Shown here piece by piece: positions 1 to 7,378 of a stretch of 64,000 bases of DNA. A program made the translations under genes and the position numbers. Below the pieces are notes generated by a model. It was not told the origin of the DNA and ran no database searches. It saw only the letters and a program-made list of their open reading frames with translations. Numbering within the stretch: the stretch's first letter is position 1; every line of letters begins with the position of its first letter. Origin of the DNA: Dehalococcoidia bacterium (GTDB lineage: Bacteria > Chloroflexota > Dehalococcoidia > Lucifugimonadales > QGNO01); contig CBDCQF010000010.1 of NCBI GenBank assembly GCA_965220545.1, positions 24,236 to 88,235 of the forward strand, in the 5' to 3' direction.

Positions 1-350
1 GTCCCTGCCACAAAGTCGGCTACGGGGTATCCTTGCGGCCGCATCGGCCCCTGGCCGCCGCCGGCGCGCACCACGACCATGATGGGGCCGGGAGCAATCT
101 GCGAACCGTAGCGAGTCCGCTTGCCGTACTCCGGATCGGTGAAAAGGGGATTGTCGTCGCCTATGCTAAGAGCGTAGTTGCGGATGGTCCTCGCGTCGAG
201 ACGCAGCGGCGATTCGTACGGCGGCCCGGACTGATCGTAGGGGGACGGCATCCCTGGCGGCAGTCCTTCCATACGCTCTTTGCCTATCTGCTCCTGGCAT
301 CGCTGCAGGTACTCGGCAATGGCCTCTTCAAACGTCTGTTGTGCAGTCAT
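1..350 (-). CDS. Double hotdog-fold (MaoC-N/FAS1-dehydratase-like) protein, paralogue 0; 5' part only, runs off the window
   Basis: Absent from the ORF track because it is open to the window edge. Reverse-strand ATG at 348-350 is preceded by GGAGGGG. The translation MTAQQTFEEAIAEYLQRCQEQIGKERMEGLPPGMPSPYDQSGPPYE...LSIGDDNPLFTDPEYGKRTRYGSQIAPGP aligns residue for residue with the N-termini of ORFs 8641..9978 and 37542..38903. The + ORF 33..380 is its antisense shadow. Confidence 0.8.
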   Translation of the reverse strand, partial: MTAQQTFEEAIAEYLQRCQEQIGKERMEGLPPGMPSPYDQSGPPYESPLRLDARTIRNYALSIGDDNPLFTDPEYGKRTRYGSQIAPGPIMVVVRAGGGQGPMRPQGYPVADFVAG

Positions 351-376
351 CAAACCCCTCCACCAATCTACACTAC

Positions 377-1537
377 TTAGCGATAGGCTTCGAACCCTCT
401 ACCCAGAAGCGCCGACGCTATCTTCAGCTTCATAATCTCATCGGTGCCTTCATATATACGGCAGACCCTGGTATCGACAAGGTGCCTACCCGGCCTGTAG
501 AGGAACGACCATCCCCGGCCGCCCAGGATCTGTACGCCCCTATCGGCGGCGTCCCAGGCGGCATTGGTGGCGTGAAACTTGGCTTCGGCTACCGCGGTGT
601 CGGCAGCTTCAAACGATTCGTCGCCGCCTTCGGCCTCGAACTTGTCCACCAGTTGAGCGGCCTTTCTTACCATCAGCCTGGACGATTCCAAGTTTGTCTT
701 CATTATCGCGATGTGCTCTTGAACCAACTGATGCCTGGCTATTGCCTTCCTGTGCTGCACCCTCTCCTTGGCAAAGCTCACCGACTCCGCCAAGCAGTCG
801 GATATGGTGCCAACGCTGCCGGCGGCAACGCTGAGGCGACCGTTCAACAAGGAATACTTCGCTATGTTCCAACCATCGCCCATATTGCCGAGGAGGTTCT
901 CCCTGGGGACTCGATAGTCGGTCAACTCGAACATGCCGGTGTTGGCGGTTGGCATGCCCATCTTTGCGGTCATGTCCTCTCGTTCAATACCCTCTTCCCG
1001 TGTATCGACGAGGAAAGCGCTTATCCATCCGTCCTCTCCCCTGGCGAACGTTACGATGACATCGGCGATGCCCGCGTTGGAGATGAGGTACTTGACCCCG
1101 TTCAGGAGATAGTGGTCGCCCTTGTCTTCCCAGCTCATCGTCATGGAGAGCGGATCGCTCCCCGCATCCGGCTCGGTAAGCGCAAACGCCAGGATGATCT
1201 CCCCTCTGGTCGATGGGACAAGGTACGCTTGCTTCTGCAGATCCGTGCCAAAGTGCTGCAGGGTCTTCTGCCCCAGAGAGGAATGGCCGGAGAAGAACGT
1301 CCGGACGCCGACGCCTTCCGCAGCGACTGTTTCCATGGCCTCCGCGTATAACAGGCTGCTCAAACCCCGGCCGCCGTACTGCTCCTTGACGGGCATGCCA
1401 AGAATATTCGACTCTCTGGCAAGGGGAATCAGTTGGTCGTTGTACTTGTGCTCAAGGTAGAATATGTCTTCCAGAGGGCGAAGATCATCGCAGAAGCGTC
1501 GGACGTCTTCTAAGGTTTCCTTGTCTTCCGTTTTCAT
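377..1537 (-). CDS. Acyl-CoA dehydrogenase
   Basis: ORF 377..1594. The likely start is the internal ATG at 1535-1537 (MKTEDKE...), giving 386 aa. ACAD hallmarks are LTEPDAGSD and the C-terminal catalytic-Glu region RIYEGTDEI. It ends 26 nt upstream of the hotdog paralogue at 350, so a shared operon is likely. Confidence 0.85.
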   Translation of the reverse strand: MKTEDKETLEDVRRFCDDLRPLEDIFYLEHKYNDQLIPLARESNILGMPVKEQYGGRGLSSLLYAEAMETVAAEGVGVRTFFSGHSSLGQKTLQHFGTDLQKQAYLVPSTRGEIILAFALTEPDAGSDPLSMTMSWEDKGDHYLLNGVKYLISNAGIADVIVTFARGEDGWISAFLVDTREEGIEREDMTAKMGMPTANTGMFELTDYRVPRENLLGNMGDGWNIAKYSLLNGRLSVAAGSVGTISDCLAESVSFAKERVQHRKAIARHQLVQEHIAIMKTNLESSRLMVRKAAQLVDKFEAEGGDESFEAADTAVAEAKFHATNAAWDAADRGVQILGGRGWSFLYRPGRHLVDTRVCRIYEGTDEIMKLKIASALLGRGFEAYR

Positions 1538-1588
1538 AGGCTGCACACAAACCCGGAACTGGTTAATATTAGGCTGGCAATACTCATT

Positions 1589-2035
1589 ATGCACGCAGAG
1601 AAAGAATATTCAATCGATGCTCCCCTTAAGGAGGTCTCGAAACTCACGTCCGACCCCAAGGGAGTAAGCGAATGCATCCCAGGAATCAGGAGCTTCGAGG
1701 AAGAAGACCCCACACATTTCGTTGCCAAAGTGGCGCACTCCTTCACATTCCTGAAGGGGACGGTCACGCTGAACTTTGAAGTGCTGAGCATGGATAATCA
1801 CCTGACCAGAGTAAAGATCGACGGCAAGTCCATTGGCAGCGCTTTTGAGATTCTGACCGAAATAAGGCTAGAGGAGCACGCGGATCAGACAAAGCTGATG
1901 TGGAGCGCCGACATGAAGTCGAGCGGGCTGCTGGCAGCGATACCCGACACTGTATCGAAAGGCGCTGCCGTGCGCCTAGCGGACAGCATTTTTGGCTGCT
2001 TGGAGGAGCGAATCACGTCCGCTAAGTGCAGCTAG
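1589..2035 (+). CDS. SRPBCC-fold protein (CoxG / polyketide cyclase-dehydrase-like)
   Basis: 148 aa with a pattern typical of CoxG-like SRPBCC ligand-binding proteins (EYSIDAPLKEV...IPG...GTVTLNFEV...). Divergent from the ACAD gene. Confidence 0.5.
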   Translation: MHAEKEYSIDAPLKEVSKLTSDPKGVSECIPGIRSFEEEDPTHFVAKVAHSFTFLKGTVTLNFEVLSMDNHLTRVKIDGKSIGSAFEILTEIRLEEHADQTKLMWSADMKSSGLLAAIPDTVSKGAAVRLADSIFGCLEERITSAKCS

Positions 2036-2071
2036 ACTTGCTGATTGGCGGGATCATCCGGGAGGAACAGA

Positions 2072-2833
2072 ATGACGGACAGCAGCAGACTCGATGGAAA
2101 TGTGGCCATAGTCACCGGGGCGGCTCAGGGTATTGGGCGGGGTATTGCGCAGGTCCTAGCCGAAGCCGGAGCCGCCATAGTCATCGGCGACATCCAGGAC
2201 TCTACGGCCACCGCCGACGAAGTCCGCTCCAGAGGCAGCAGAGCAAGCCACATCGTAATGGACACCAGCATACCGGAAGACGCCAACCGCCTGGTCGAGC
2301 TTTCCCTGCAAGAGTACGGTCGACTGGACATCCTGGTTAACAACGCGGGAATAGACGCGCCCAGTGGCAACGCCTGGGACCTGCCGTTAGAGGAGTGGCA
2401 GCGGGTGATAGACGTGAACTTGAGCGGCGTGTTCTACTGCTCACAAGCCGCTCTCAAACCCATGCTTGAAGCCGGCGAGGGGTGCATTGTGAACATAAGC
2501 TCGCAGGCCGCAAGGGTGGCCAGAGCCGGGGGTTCGCCGGCCTACAATGCGGCCAAAGCGGGGCTAATCGGGCTTACGGCTGCCTTCTCCGCCCACGTGG
2601 CGGACAAGGGCGTGCGTGTAAACGCAATCATGCCTGGGGAAGTCGAGTCGCGGGACTTTGGATGGTCGCCGGAAGAGCGTGAAGCAAGGATCAGGAGTTA
2701 CCCCCTGGGACTCGGCGCACCACGTGACGTGGGTCAAGCCGTGTTGTACCTGGTCAGTCCCGCTTCAAGATGGGTGTCCGGGACTGCATTGCAGCTCACG
2801 GGCGGCTACCAGCGTGGAGCGCTGTGGCTCTGA
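2072..2833 (+). CDS. SDR-family oxidoreductase (FabG-like)
   Basis: ORF 2045..2833, likely starting at MTDSS (2072). Carries the Rossmann motif VTGAAQGIGRGIA, NNAG, and catalytic S...YNAAKAG. Confidence 0.85.
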   Translation: MTDSSRLDGNVAIVTGAAQGIGRGIAQVLAEAGAAIVIGDIQDSTATADEVRSRGSRASHIVMDTSIPEDANRLVELSLQEYGRLDILVNNAGIDAPSGNAWDLPLEEWQRVIDVNLSGVFYCSQAALKPMLEAGEGCIVNISSQAARVARAGGSPAYNAAKAGLIGLTAAFSAHVADKGVRVNAIMPGEVESRDFGWSPEEREARIRSYPLGLGAPRDVGQAVLYLVSPASRWVSGTALQLTGGYQRGALWL

Positions 2834-2834
2834 T

Positions 2835-3572
2835 TTAGAGCCACGGCCAGGGGACGGCCCGTCTCAGAGTGGGGATGGGGAACTCCCCTTCATCTATCAG
2901 CGTCCGCAACCTGTATCGAGTCGCGTCCACTTCGGTCTTGCTTAGCAGCTTGCTCAGGTCTTCGGCCAGCCCTCCCGGTGCATCGAAGCCGTCCCTGAGC
3001 GACTCCAACTCCTCCAGCAGCCAGTGCGGCAAACGCTGCCCGGCAAAGTCCCATATCACCGTTCTCAACTTGTGCTCAGCGTTGAAGGTAATGCCGTGGT
3101 CAATCAGCCATACGCCGCCGTCGTTGCCGAGCAGGGTGTGAGTCGCCTTTCTATCCGCATTGTTGGCAACGACGTCGAAGGCGCAGACGCGCAGCATATC
3201 CTCTACGAAACGTTCACGCAGGGTGAAGTAATGCTCTCTTAAATCGCATTCCACGTAGAGCTGCACCGAGCCTTCTCCAAATTCGCCGTAGCGGATCACG
3301 GTGGGTGGTACGTAGCCCCAACCTAACGCTTCGCTGAGCAGGTAAGAGGCGTACTCCCTGAGGTAGAGGGTGCCTCCGGGAAAGTCCCACAGAGGAATCT
3401 CGCCACGGCGGGGTTTATAAATCACCTTGAGTTCTTCGCCGCCCTGGGAAACCGTGGTGAGAAAGGTGTAGTTGGACCCGTCAGGGGTCAGCCTGCACTC
3501 GCCCATTTTCCCCCTGGCTAGCAGGTCGAAGAGTTGAGGACTAAATCGATCGCTCCTGCTGTTGACCGTCAC
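2835..3572 (-). CDS. SCO1664-family protein (PI3/PI4-kinase-like fold, uncharacterised)
   Basis: Motifs YKPRRGEIPLWDF, LSEALGWGYVPPTV, FDVVANNADRK and IDHGITFNAEHKLRTVIWDFAG match my memory of the SCO1664 family. It sits 12 nt downstream of a DUF3090 gene, which is the canonical pairing. Confidence 0.65.
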   Translation of the reverse strand: MTVNSRSDRFSPQLFDLLARGKMGECRLTPDGSNYTFLTTVSQGGEELKVIYKPRRGEIPLWDFPGGTLYLREYASYLLSEALGWGYVPPTVIRYGEFGEGSVQLYVECDLREHYFTLRERFVEDMLRVCAFDVVANNADRKATHTLLGNDGGVWLIDHGITFNAEHKLRTVIWDFAGQRLPHWLLEELESLRDGFDAPGGLAEDLSKLLSKTEVDATRYRLRTLIDEGEFPIPTLRRAVPWPWL

Positions 3573-3584
3573 AGGTGAACTCCG

Positions 3585-4112
3585 CTAAGTAGCCAGCACT
3601 CCGTGCCCGTTTTGCCTGGGGCAGAGGTGCTTTTCCGCGTCTAGGGGAGCCCCGCACAACTGGCAGCGCGGCCTGCCGGCGGCGCAGACTTCGAAGGCTT
3701 GGTCCGCCAGAGAGTCGATCTCCCCGTAGGTGGCCTCGAGATTTACCAGGGGATCGGAGTCTTCTTCCTGATCAACACCGTGCGCCGCCAGGAAGAACAT
3801 GGCCGACGTCTGATCATATCCGATCGACATCTGTCCGGCCTGTAGCTCGATTATAGGCGGGTCCGGCACACCGAAGACGGCCTCCTGGTAGGAATCCTCG
3901 GAAGAGCTGCGGTCGGCTTCCTCCTGATATTCGTAGAGCAACCGTTTCAACTGCACTCCAAGGTTGAAAAGCTGCTCCTTTTCCATCCATATCATCACGG
4001 TCTGGCCGTTTCTGGCTTCAGCCGCCACCTGGAAGTACCTTGAACCGGGCTCTCCAATGGCCTTGGCGGTGAGTTTGGCTACGTGTCCTAGATTGTATCG
4101 TGCTTGGGGCAT
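3585..4112 (-). CDS. DUF3090-family protein
   Basis: N-terminal AIGEPGSRYFQV...WMEKEQL and a C-terminal zinc-ribbon-like CQLCGAPLDAEKHLCPRQNGH. It is the canonical partner of the SCO1664-family gene. Confidence 0.65.
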   Translation of the reverse strand: MPQARYNLGHVAKLTAKAIGEPGSRYFQVAAEARNGQTVMIWMEKEQLFNLGVQLKRLLYEYQEEADRSSSEDSYQEAVFGVPDPPIIELQAGQMSIGYDQTSAMFFLAAHGVDQEEDSDPLVNLEATYGEIDSLADQAFEVCAAGRPRCQLCGAPLDAEKHLCPRQNGHGVLAT

Positions 4113-4164
4113 GTTCTCCGTACTCGGGACGTTTCCACGCTATTCTAGCAAAGCGGGGCGTAGT

Positions 4165-4345
4165 TGTACCGCTCATGGTGAGCCCCTAACCCCGTTCGTG
4201 GTGAGCCCTTCGGCTACGCTCAGGACAGGCCTGTCGAACCACGCCGGGGGGATGCGCCCTTCGACAAGCTCAGGGCGAACGGAGGAGGGCCTCCTGGATT
4301 CCCGTGTCAAGCAGGGGAAAGACGGTTGGCTGTGGCGGGTATTCG
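4165..4345. repeat. Cluster of GC-rich palindromic dispersed-repeat modules
   Basis: ccgctcatggtgagc (4169-4183) is the reverse complement of gctcaccatgagcgg at 8482-8496 and 25930-25944. cccttcgacaagctc (4257-4271) is identical to 8471-8485. cccttcggctacgctcaggacagg (4207-4229) resembles 25900-25922. ggattcccgtgtcaagcaggggaaagacgg (4296-4325) resembles 10038-10064 and 15938-15965. Confidence 0.8.
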
Positions 4346-4417
4346 TTTCCAACGTTATGTCAAGTAGCAAGGCTAAAACGAACCAAATATTTTTTTGAGG
4401 TGAGAAACGAATCAGAT

Positions 4418-4466
4418 TTCCTTCGGCGGGCTCAGGACAGGCTCTTCGGCAAGCTCAGGACAAGTT
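4418..4466. repeat. Tandem cttcggNNNgctcaggaca repeat module
   Basis: ccttcggcgggctcaggacaggctcttcggcaagctcaggacaag contains two adjacent copies of the module also seen at 4207-4229, 4257-4283 and 25900-25922. Confidence 0.75.
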
Positions 4467-4646
4467 CCGGGGCAAAATTGAGTGTATGGAGGCGGGCGTT
4501 TTGGCTGCCAAGGGGGGCGCCACGCCGACGGCGTTGTACGTATTGCTCAGCGCTTTTCCGGGAGTCCATGGGTTAAGGGTAACGGGCACGGAGGGGTATG
4601 GGGAAGGGGGAGATGTCAGGGAGGGCTGCCCTGAATTTACCATCAG

Positions 4647-5309
4647 CTATTGGAACGGAGTAGGGTCAGATGCAAAGCTCAGTACTGCGTAGCCTAAGAA
4701 GATGGGCAATGATGCGAAGGCCCATACTGCAGTCTTTCTGAAAGGAGCCAAATAGTGTCGTGCGTCATCAAGGTCTCCGCCGTCCCTTACGCTACTAGTG
4801 TATCTGAAATGGGCAAGAGAGCGACGCAGGGAAAGAAGCCACATCAACGCCGACCAGGCGGTAAACACACCTGCATATATCACCATAAGGATGAGGACCA
4901 CCACACGAACTTCAGGGTCTGTAATGGGTCCGAAGGCTGGGGATACGTAAGGGAGAACCTCCTTTACAGTAGCCTGTGTAAAAAGAGCCCAGAGTCCGAT
5001 GGAGCTAGTGAGCCACAGCACGTGTACCAGCAAGGTATATACCAGCCAAAGCCTGGAGGGCCTGAAGGGGGTTCCAGCAATGCGCTCAGGGGTCTTGGTT
5101 AGGTGTATCCATGGATACAAGAAAAGTACGACCTGTCGTATGCACCATACGGCTGCAGAAGCCGGCAAAAAGGAAGGGCGCCGGCTTGAGAAGTCCCATA
5201 GGATTCGTGAGAAGGGTCTGAACGGAAGACCAACGATACTCAGTAAATAGACTACTAGGTGAGAGTAAAGAGCTACAAGTACAGAGATCGTTTCCACTGG
5301 ACTTAGCAT
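4647..5309 (-). CDS. Polytopic membrane protein, unknown function
   Basis: 220 aa with about 5-6 hydrophobic helices and no recognised family. Lies in an AT-richer stretch downstream of the PLA2-like gene on the same strand. Confidence 0.5.
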   Translation of the reverse strand: MLSPVETISVLVALYSHLVVYLLSIVGLPFRPFSRILWDFSSRRPSFLPASAAVWCIRQVVLFLYPWIHLTKTPERIAGTPFRPSRLWLVYTLLVHVLWLTSSIGLWALFTQATVKEVLPYVSPAFGPITDPEVRVVVLILMVIYAGVFTAWSALMWLLSLRRSLAHFRYTSSVRDGGDLDDARHYLAPFRKTAVWAFASLPIFLGYAVLSFASDPTPFQ

Positions 5310-5542
5310 AAGCCTAAACTGCTCCGATTAAGATCGTACAATTGCAAGGTTCTCCGATGAGATCGGCCTTTGTCAGTCGTTGTCACCAATTGAATAAATC
5401 CTCCTACTAGCCTATCTAAGTGTTTTATTTTAATCACTGTCACCTCCCCCTCCGCAATTGCGGCATGGTATAGGTGTAGGTGTCGGCGCACAGGGGAAAT
5501 AAGGGCACATTAGCCATAAACCACCTCATATCTCAGGAATAT

Positions 5543-7324
5543 CTAATCTCCAGGATCGCCGCCACAGTTCCAACAGGGCCCGGGCGTTGGAGTTGGACCA
5601 CAGTCTGATTGACCGGACGGGCCGCTATCTGGATCTGCGCCTCTGCATGGGTCATCAGGCCACGGCGTGGCTGTAGCCGTTGGAGTGGGAGCGGGCGTAG
5701 GTGTAGCCGTAGGCGGTGGCGGCACAGGAGTAGGCGTGTCCGGCGGAGGCGGAGGCGGTGGCGGTGGCGGTGGCGGCGGAGCCGGCGGAAGCTGTGTGCA
5801 TTGAGGATAGGGACTACACGGATGCACCGGTGGACTTGGAACAGAAGTGGGATAAACCATCCTATTGACAGGAATGGTATAAACTTCGGCTCCGTAGTCT
5901 CTGTGATTAGGCCGAATTTCTATCCTTGCTATCGCTACAGATTGTATGACACCACCGGCGAAAAGGGCATCGAGAAAGCCTACTTCAAGTGTATTCAGCT
6001 TGGATCCGGGCGAGGCAAAATCGTATCCGGGTATCTCATAGGGTACCGGTGCAGGAAACAGATTCAAGACAAAGGTAGCTTTCCAGACCACCGTGTAACT
6101 CTCAATGGTGACATCATCAACACAGCCACTTCTAGCCGTCAGAGTGGCATCGAAAGTTCGTGTAGTGTTAAGTCGTCTTCCAGCAGAACCAACATCCAGT
6201 GTTGGGATGGGGTTGGCGCCACAGTCGATAAACTGGGGATTAGCCAAAATGTGGGTGAGGTCTTCCTCTGTGACGGGCCACCCTTTGTGAGAAGGAGGAA
6301 TCAACGGGGGCAGGCCACCGAACTTGGCAACGAAATAGAAATAGCTATCCGCCATTTTTTCGTTGCTGCCAAAAAAACCATTAGGCGGACAAACAGAGGC
6401 CAGAGCGCCCCTGTTCTGGCAGCCGTATCTTTCGATATCCGCCCTGAACTTGGCGTCGGCAAGCGCCTTGTTCCGCGGATTCCACATCGCGTCCAACTCA
6501 TCGTTTGTCGCTGTTCCGGCAGTTGCTCCGGCGAACATCTGCAGGTTGGCGTATCCCACATCGTGCTTCAGGCAGGAAGGCACAGGGCCTTGGATGGCCT
6601 CTTCAGCGAGCGGCATACGAAGAGTACACTTCCAATCCTCGGTACGAAGCCAGCCCCACCTGTCGGTGTCTGTTCGGAGGCTCTCAGCTGGCCGTGTGCG
6701 GGTCTCAGTCGTGACCCAGAATTCGTGCGGGGTAGAGAAGATCAAGCAGTTGAGCACGCGCAGCTTGTTGGCCAGGGTCAGACGCGCGCCGGTTACCCCG
6801 CTCGGCAGACATTTAAGACCGGACTCCAGAGTGAGGGACACCCCAGCAGGACAGTCTGTAGAAGACCCCTGGTTTCCAGATACGCCGCTGGCCTCGTAGC
6901 AGGGCTCTTCAAGCTGTCCGGGGGGGAAGTCTGTATGGTCGGCGGCCATGAGGAATGCGTGGAGCCTCATCTGGATGGGGTCGCCGACGGTGGCGGTGTA
7001 CTGCTGTCCGCGCGGCGTGGCCAGCCATGCAGCGTACTCGGCGTTGAAGCTGGCGCTTGTGGATGTGCCATAGCTGCCAAGCTGGGTTGCGGTAAGGGTC
7101 TGGACGGTGGTGAACATACTAGTGGACTGAGTGCCGCATGTTCCGTCCATCTTGGCCTTGATATCGCCGGTATACTGCGACAGGATGTCGGTAAAGGATT
7201 CCAACTGTGGCGAGGTCGTAGCGTCGCCGGTCACGCCATCATCGGAGGAAGAGGGATTCATGCAGGTGAGCAGGGTTGTCTGGGCCGTGGTGTAATCAGT
7301 GTGCCCTTCAACCGCCGAAGCCAA
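5543..7324 (-). CDS. C-terminal portion of an interrupted surface protein: prokaryotic phospholipase A2-like domain, beta-rich region, poly-Pro/PT linker, Cys-rich tail
   Basis: 593-aa ORF whose nominal start is TTG, in the same frame as ORF 7379..8326 and separated from it only by a TAG plus 18 sense codons. The PLA2-like block covers roughly aa 220-336 (nt 6317-6667), with SCLKHDVGYANL, NKALADAKFRADIERYGC and YFYFVAKFG. A Pro13 run follows, then TPTPVPPPPTATPTPAPTPTATATP and the tail CRGADPDSGPSGQSDCGPTPTPGPCWNCGG. Confidence 0.6.
   Translation of the reverse strand: MASAVEGHTDYTTAQTTLLTCMNPSSSDDGVTGDATTSPQLESFTDILSQYTGDIKAKMDGTCGTQSTSMFTTVQTLTATQLGSYGTSTSASFNAEYAAWLATPRGQQYTATVGDPIQMRLHAFLMAADHTDFPPGQLEEPCYEASGVSGNQGSSTDCPAGVSLTLESGLKCLPSGVTGARLTLANKLRVLNCLIFSTPHEFWVTTETRTRPAESLRTDTDRWGWLRTEDWKCTLRMPLAEEAIQGPVPSCLKHDVGYANLQMFAGATAGTATNDELDAMWNPRNKALADAKFRADIERYGCQNRGALASVCPPNGFFGSNEKMADSYFYFVAKFGGLPPLIPPSHKGWPVTEEDLTHILANPQFIDCGANPIPTLDVGSAGRRLNTTRTFDATLTARSGCVDDVTIESYTVVWKATFVLNLFPAPVPYEIPGYDFASPGSKLNTLEVGFLDALFAGGVIQSVAIARIEIRPNHRDYGAEVYTIPVNRMVYPTSVPSPPVHPCSPYPQCTQLPPAPPPPPPPPPPPPPDTPTPVPPPPTATPTPAPTPTATATPWPDDPCRGADPDSGPSGQSDCGPTPTPGPCWNCGGDPGD
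5741..5785 (-). repeat. (CCN)n trinucleotide run encoding polyproline
   Basis: The plus strand reads ggcggaggcggaggcggtggcggtggcggtggcggcgga, which on the minus strand encodes PPAPPPPPPPPPPPPPP. Confidence 0.9.
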
Positions 7325-7378
7325 CGCGGAGGACAGGTCTCCAACGATTGCCCACTCGTCCCAGGTGACGTGGATTGG

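Noticed and set aside
33-380. 115-aa + strand ORF at the window start.
   Set aside because: It is the antisense shadow of the partial hotdog paralogue encoded on the minus strand (1..350).
4575-4625. G-rich tract (ggaggggtatggggaagggggagatgtcagggaggg) as a possible G-quadruplex or additional repeat family.
   Set aside because: It is a single copy in this window with no clear partner or conserved structure. It is probably part of the degenerate repeat cluster.
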